Of a DNA stretch of 64,000 bases, positions 63,801-64,000 are shown piece after piece (the first letter of the stretch is position 1; each line of letters begins with the position of its first letter). Location of the stretch: the NCBI RefSeq assembly GCF_006345805.1, contig NC_042999.1, positions 7,254,001 to 7,318,000 on the forward strand. Reading direction: 5' to 3'. Under the pieces are notes generated by a model. The model worked only from the letters and a program-made list of their open reading frames with translations. It made no database searches and had not been told where the DNA came from. The DNA comes from Octopus sinensis (Eukaryota). A program made the position numbers and the translations under genes.

Positions 63801-64000
63801 AAAAAATAATAGAATACATACAAATATATACATATATAGATTCTTTTACTTTTCTTCTTTTGTTTCAGTCATTTGACTGCGGCCATGCTGGAGCACCACC
63901 TTTACTCAAGCAAATCGACTCCACGACTCATTCTTCCTAAGCCCAGCACTTATTCCATCAGTCTCCTTGCAGAACCCCCAAGTCACAAGGACGCAAACAC

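Overview
Eukaryotic, very repeat-dense, AT-rich DNA. The SINE families suggest an octopus-like coleoid cephalopod (inference). Most ORFs in the track are microsatellite translations. The centrepiece is at 36146-43800: a Naiad-type Penelope-like retroelement (PLE) ORF (RT + GIY-YIG, minus strand, uninterrupted for 586 codons but 5'-truncated). It forms the 2.6-kb loop of a giant hairpin whose ~2.3-kb inverted arms (36243-38536 / 41141-43445, ~98% identical where compared by eye) each carry (i) a near-full-length U6 snRNA fused to a SINE 3' tail and (ii) a minimal hammerhead ribozyme pointing the opposite way. The window holds nine hammerhead-like motifs in total. Several have non-canonical features (U.U or A.C at the base of stem II, extended stem II, CUGU core). 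A spacer-less 260-bp palindrome is built from a related terminus. Other content: Neptune-like PLE, R4/Dong-type LINE, mariner and Helitron remnants, many tRNA-derived SINEs, and short candidate exons of an unidentified plus-strand host gene with two RFX X-boxes upstream. SINE/TE boundaries are approximate and family names come from motif recognition, not database searches.
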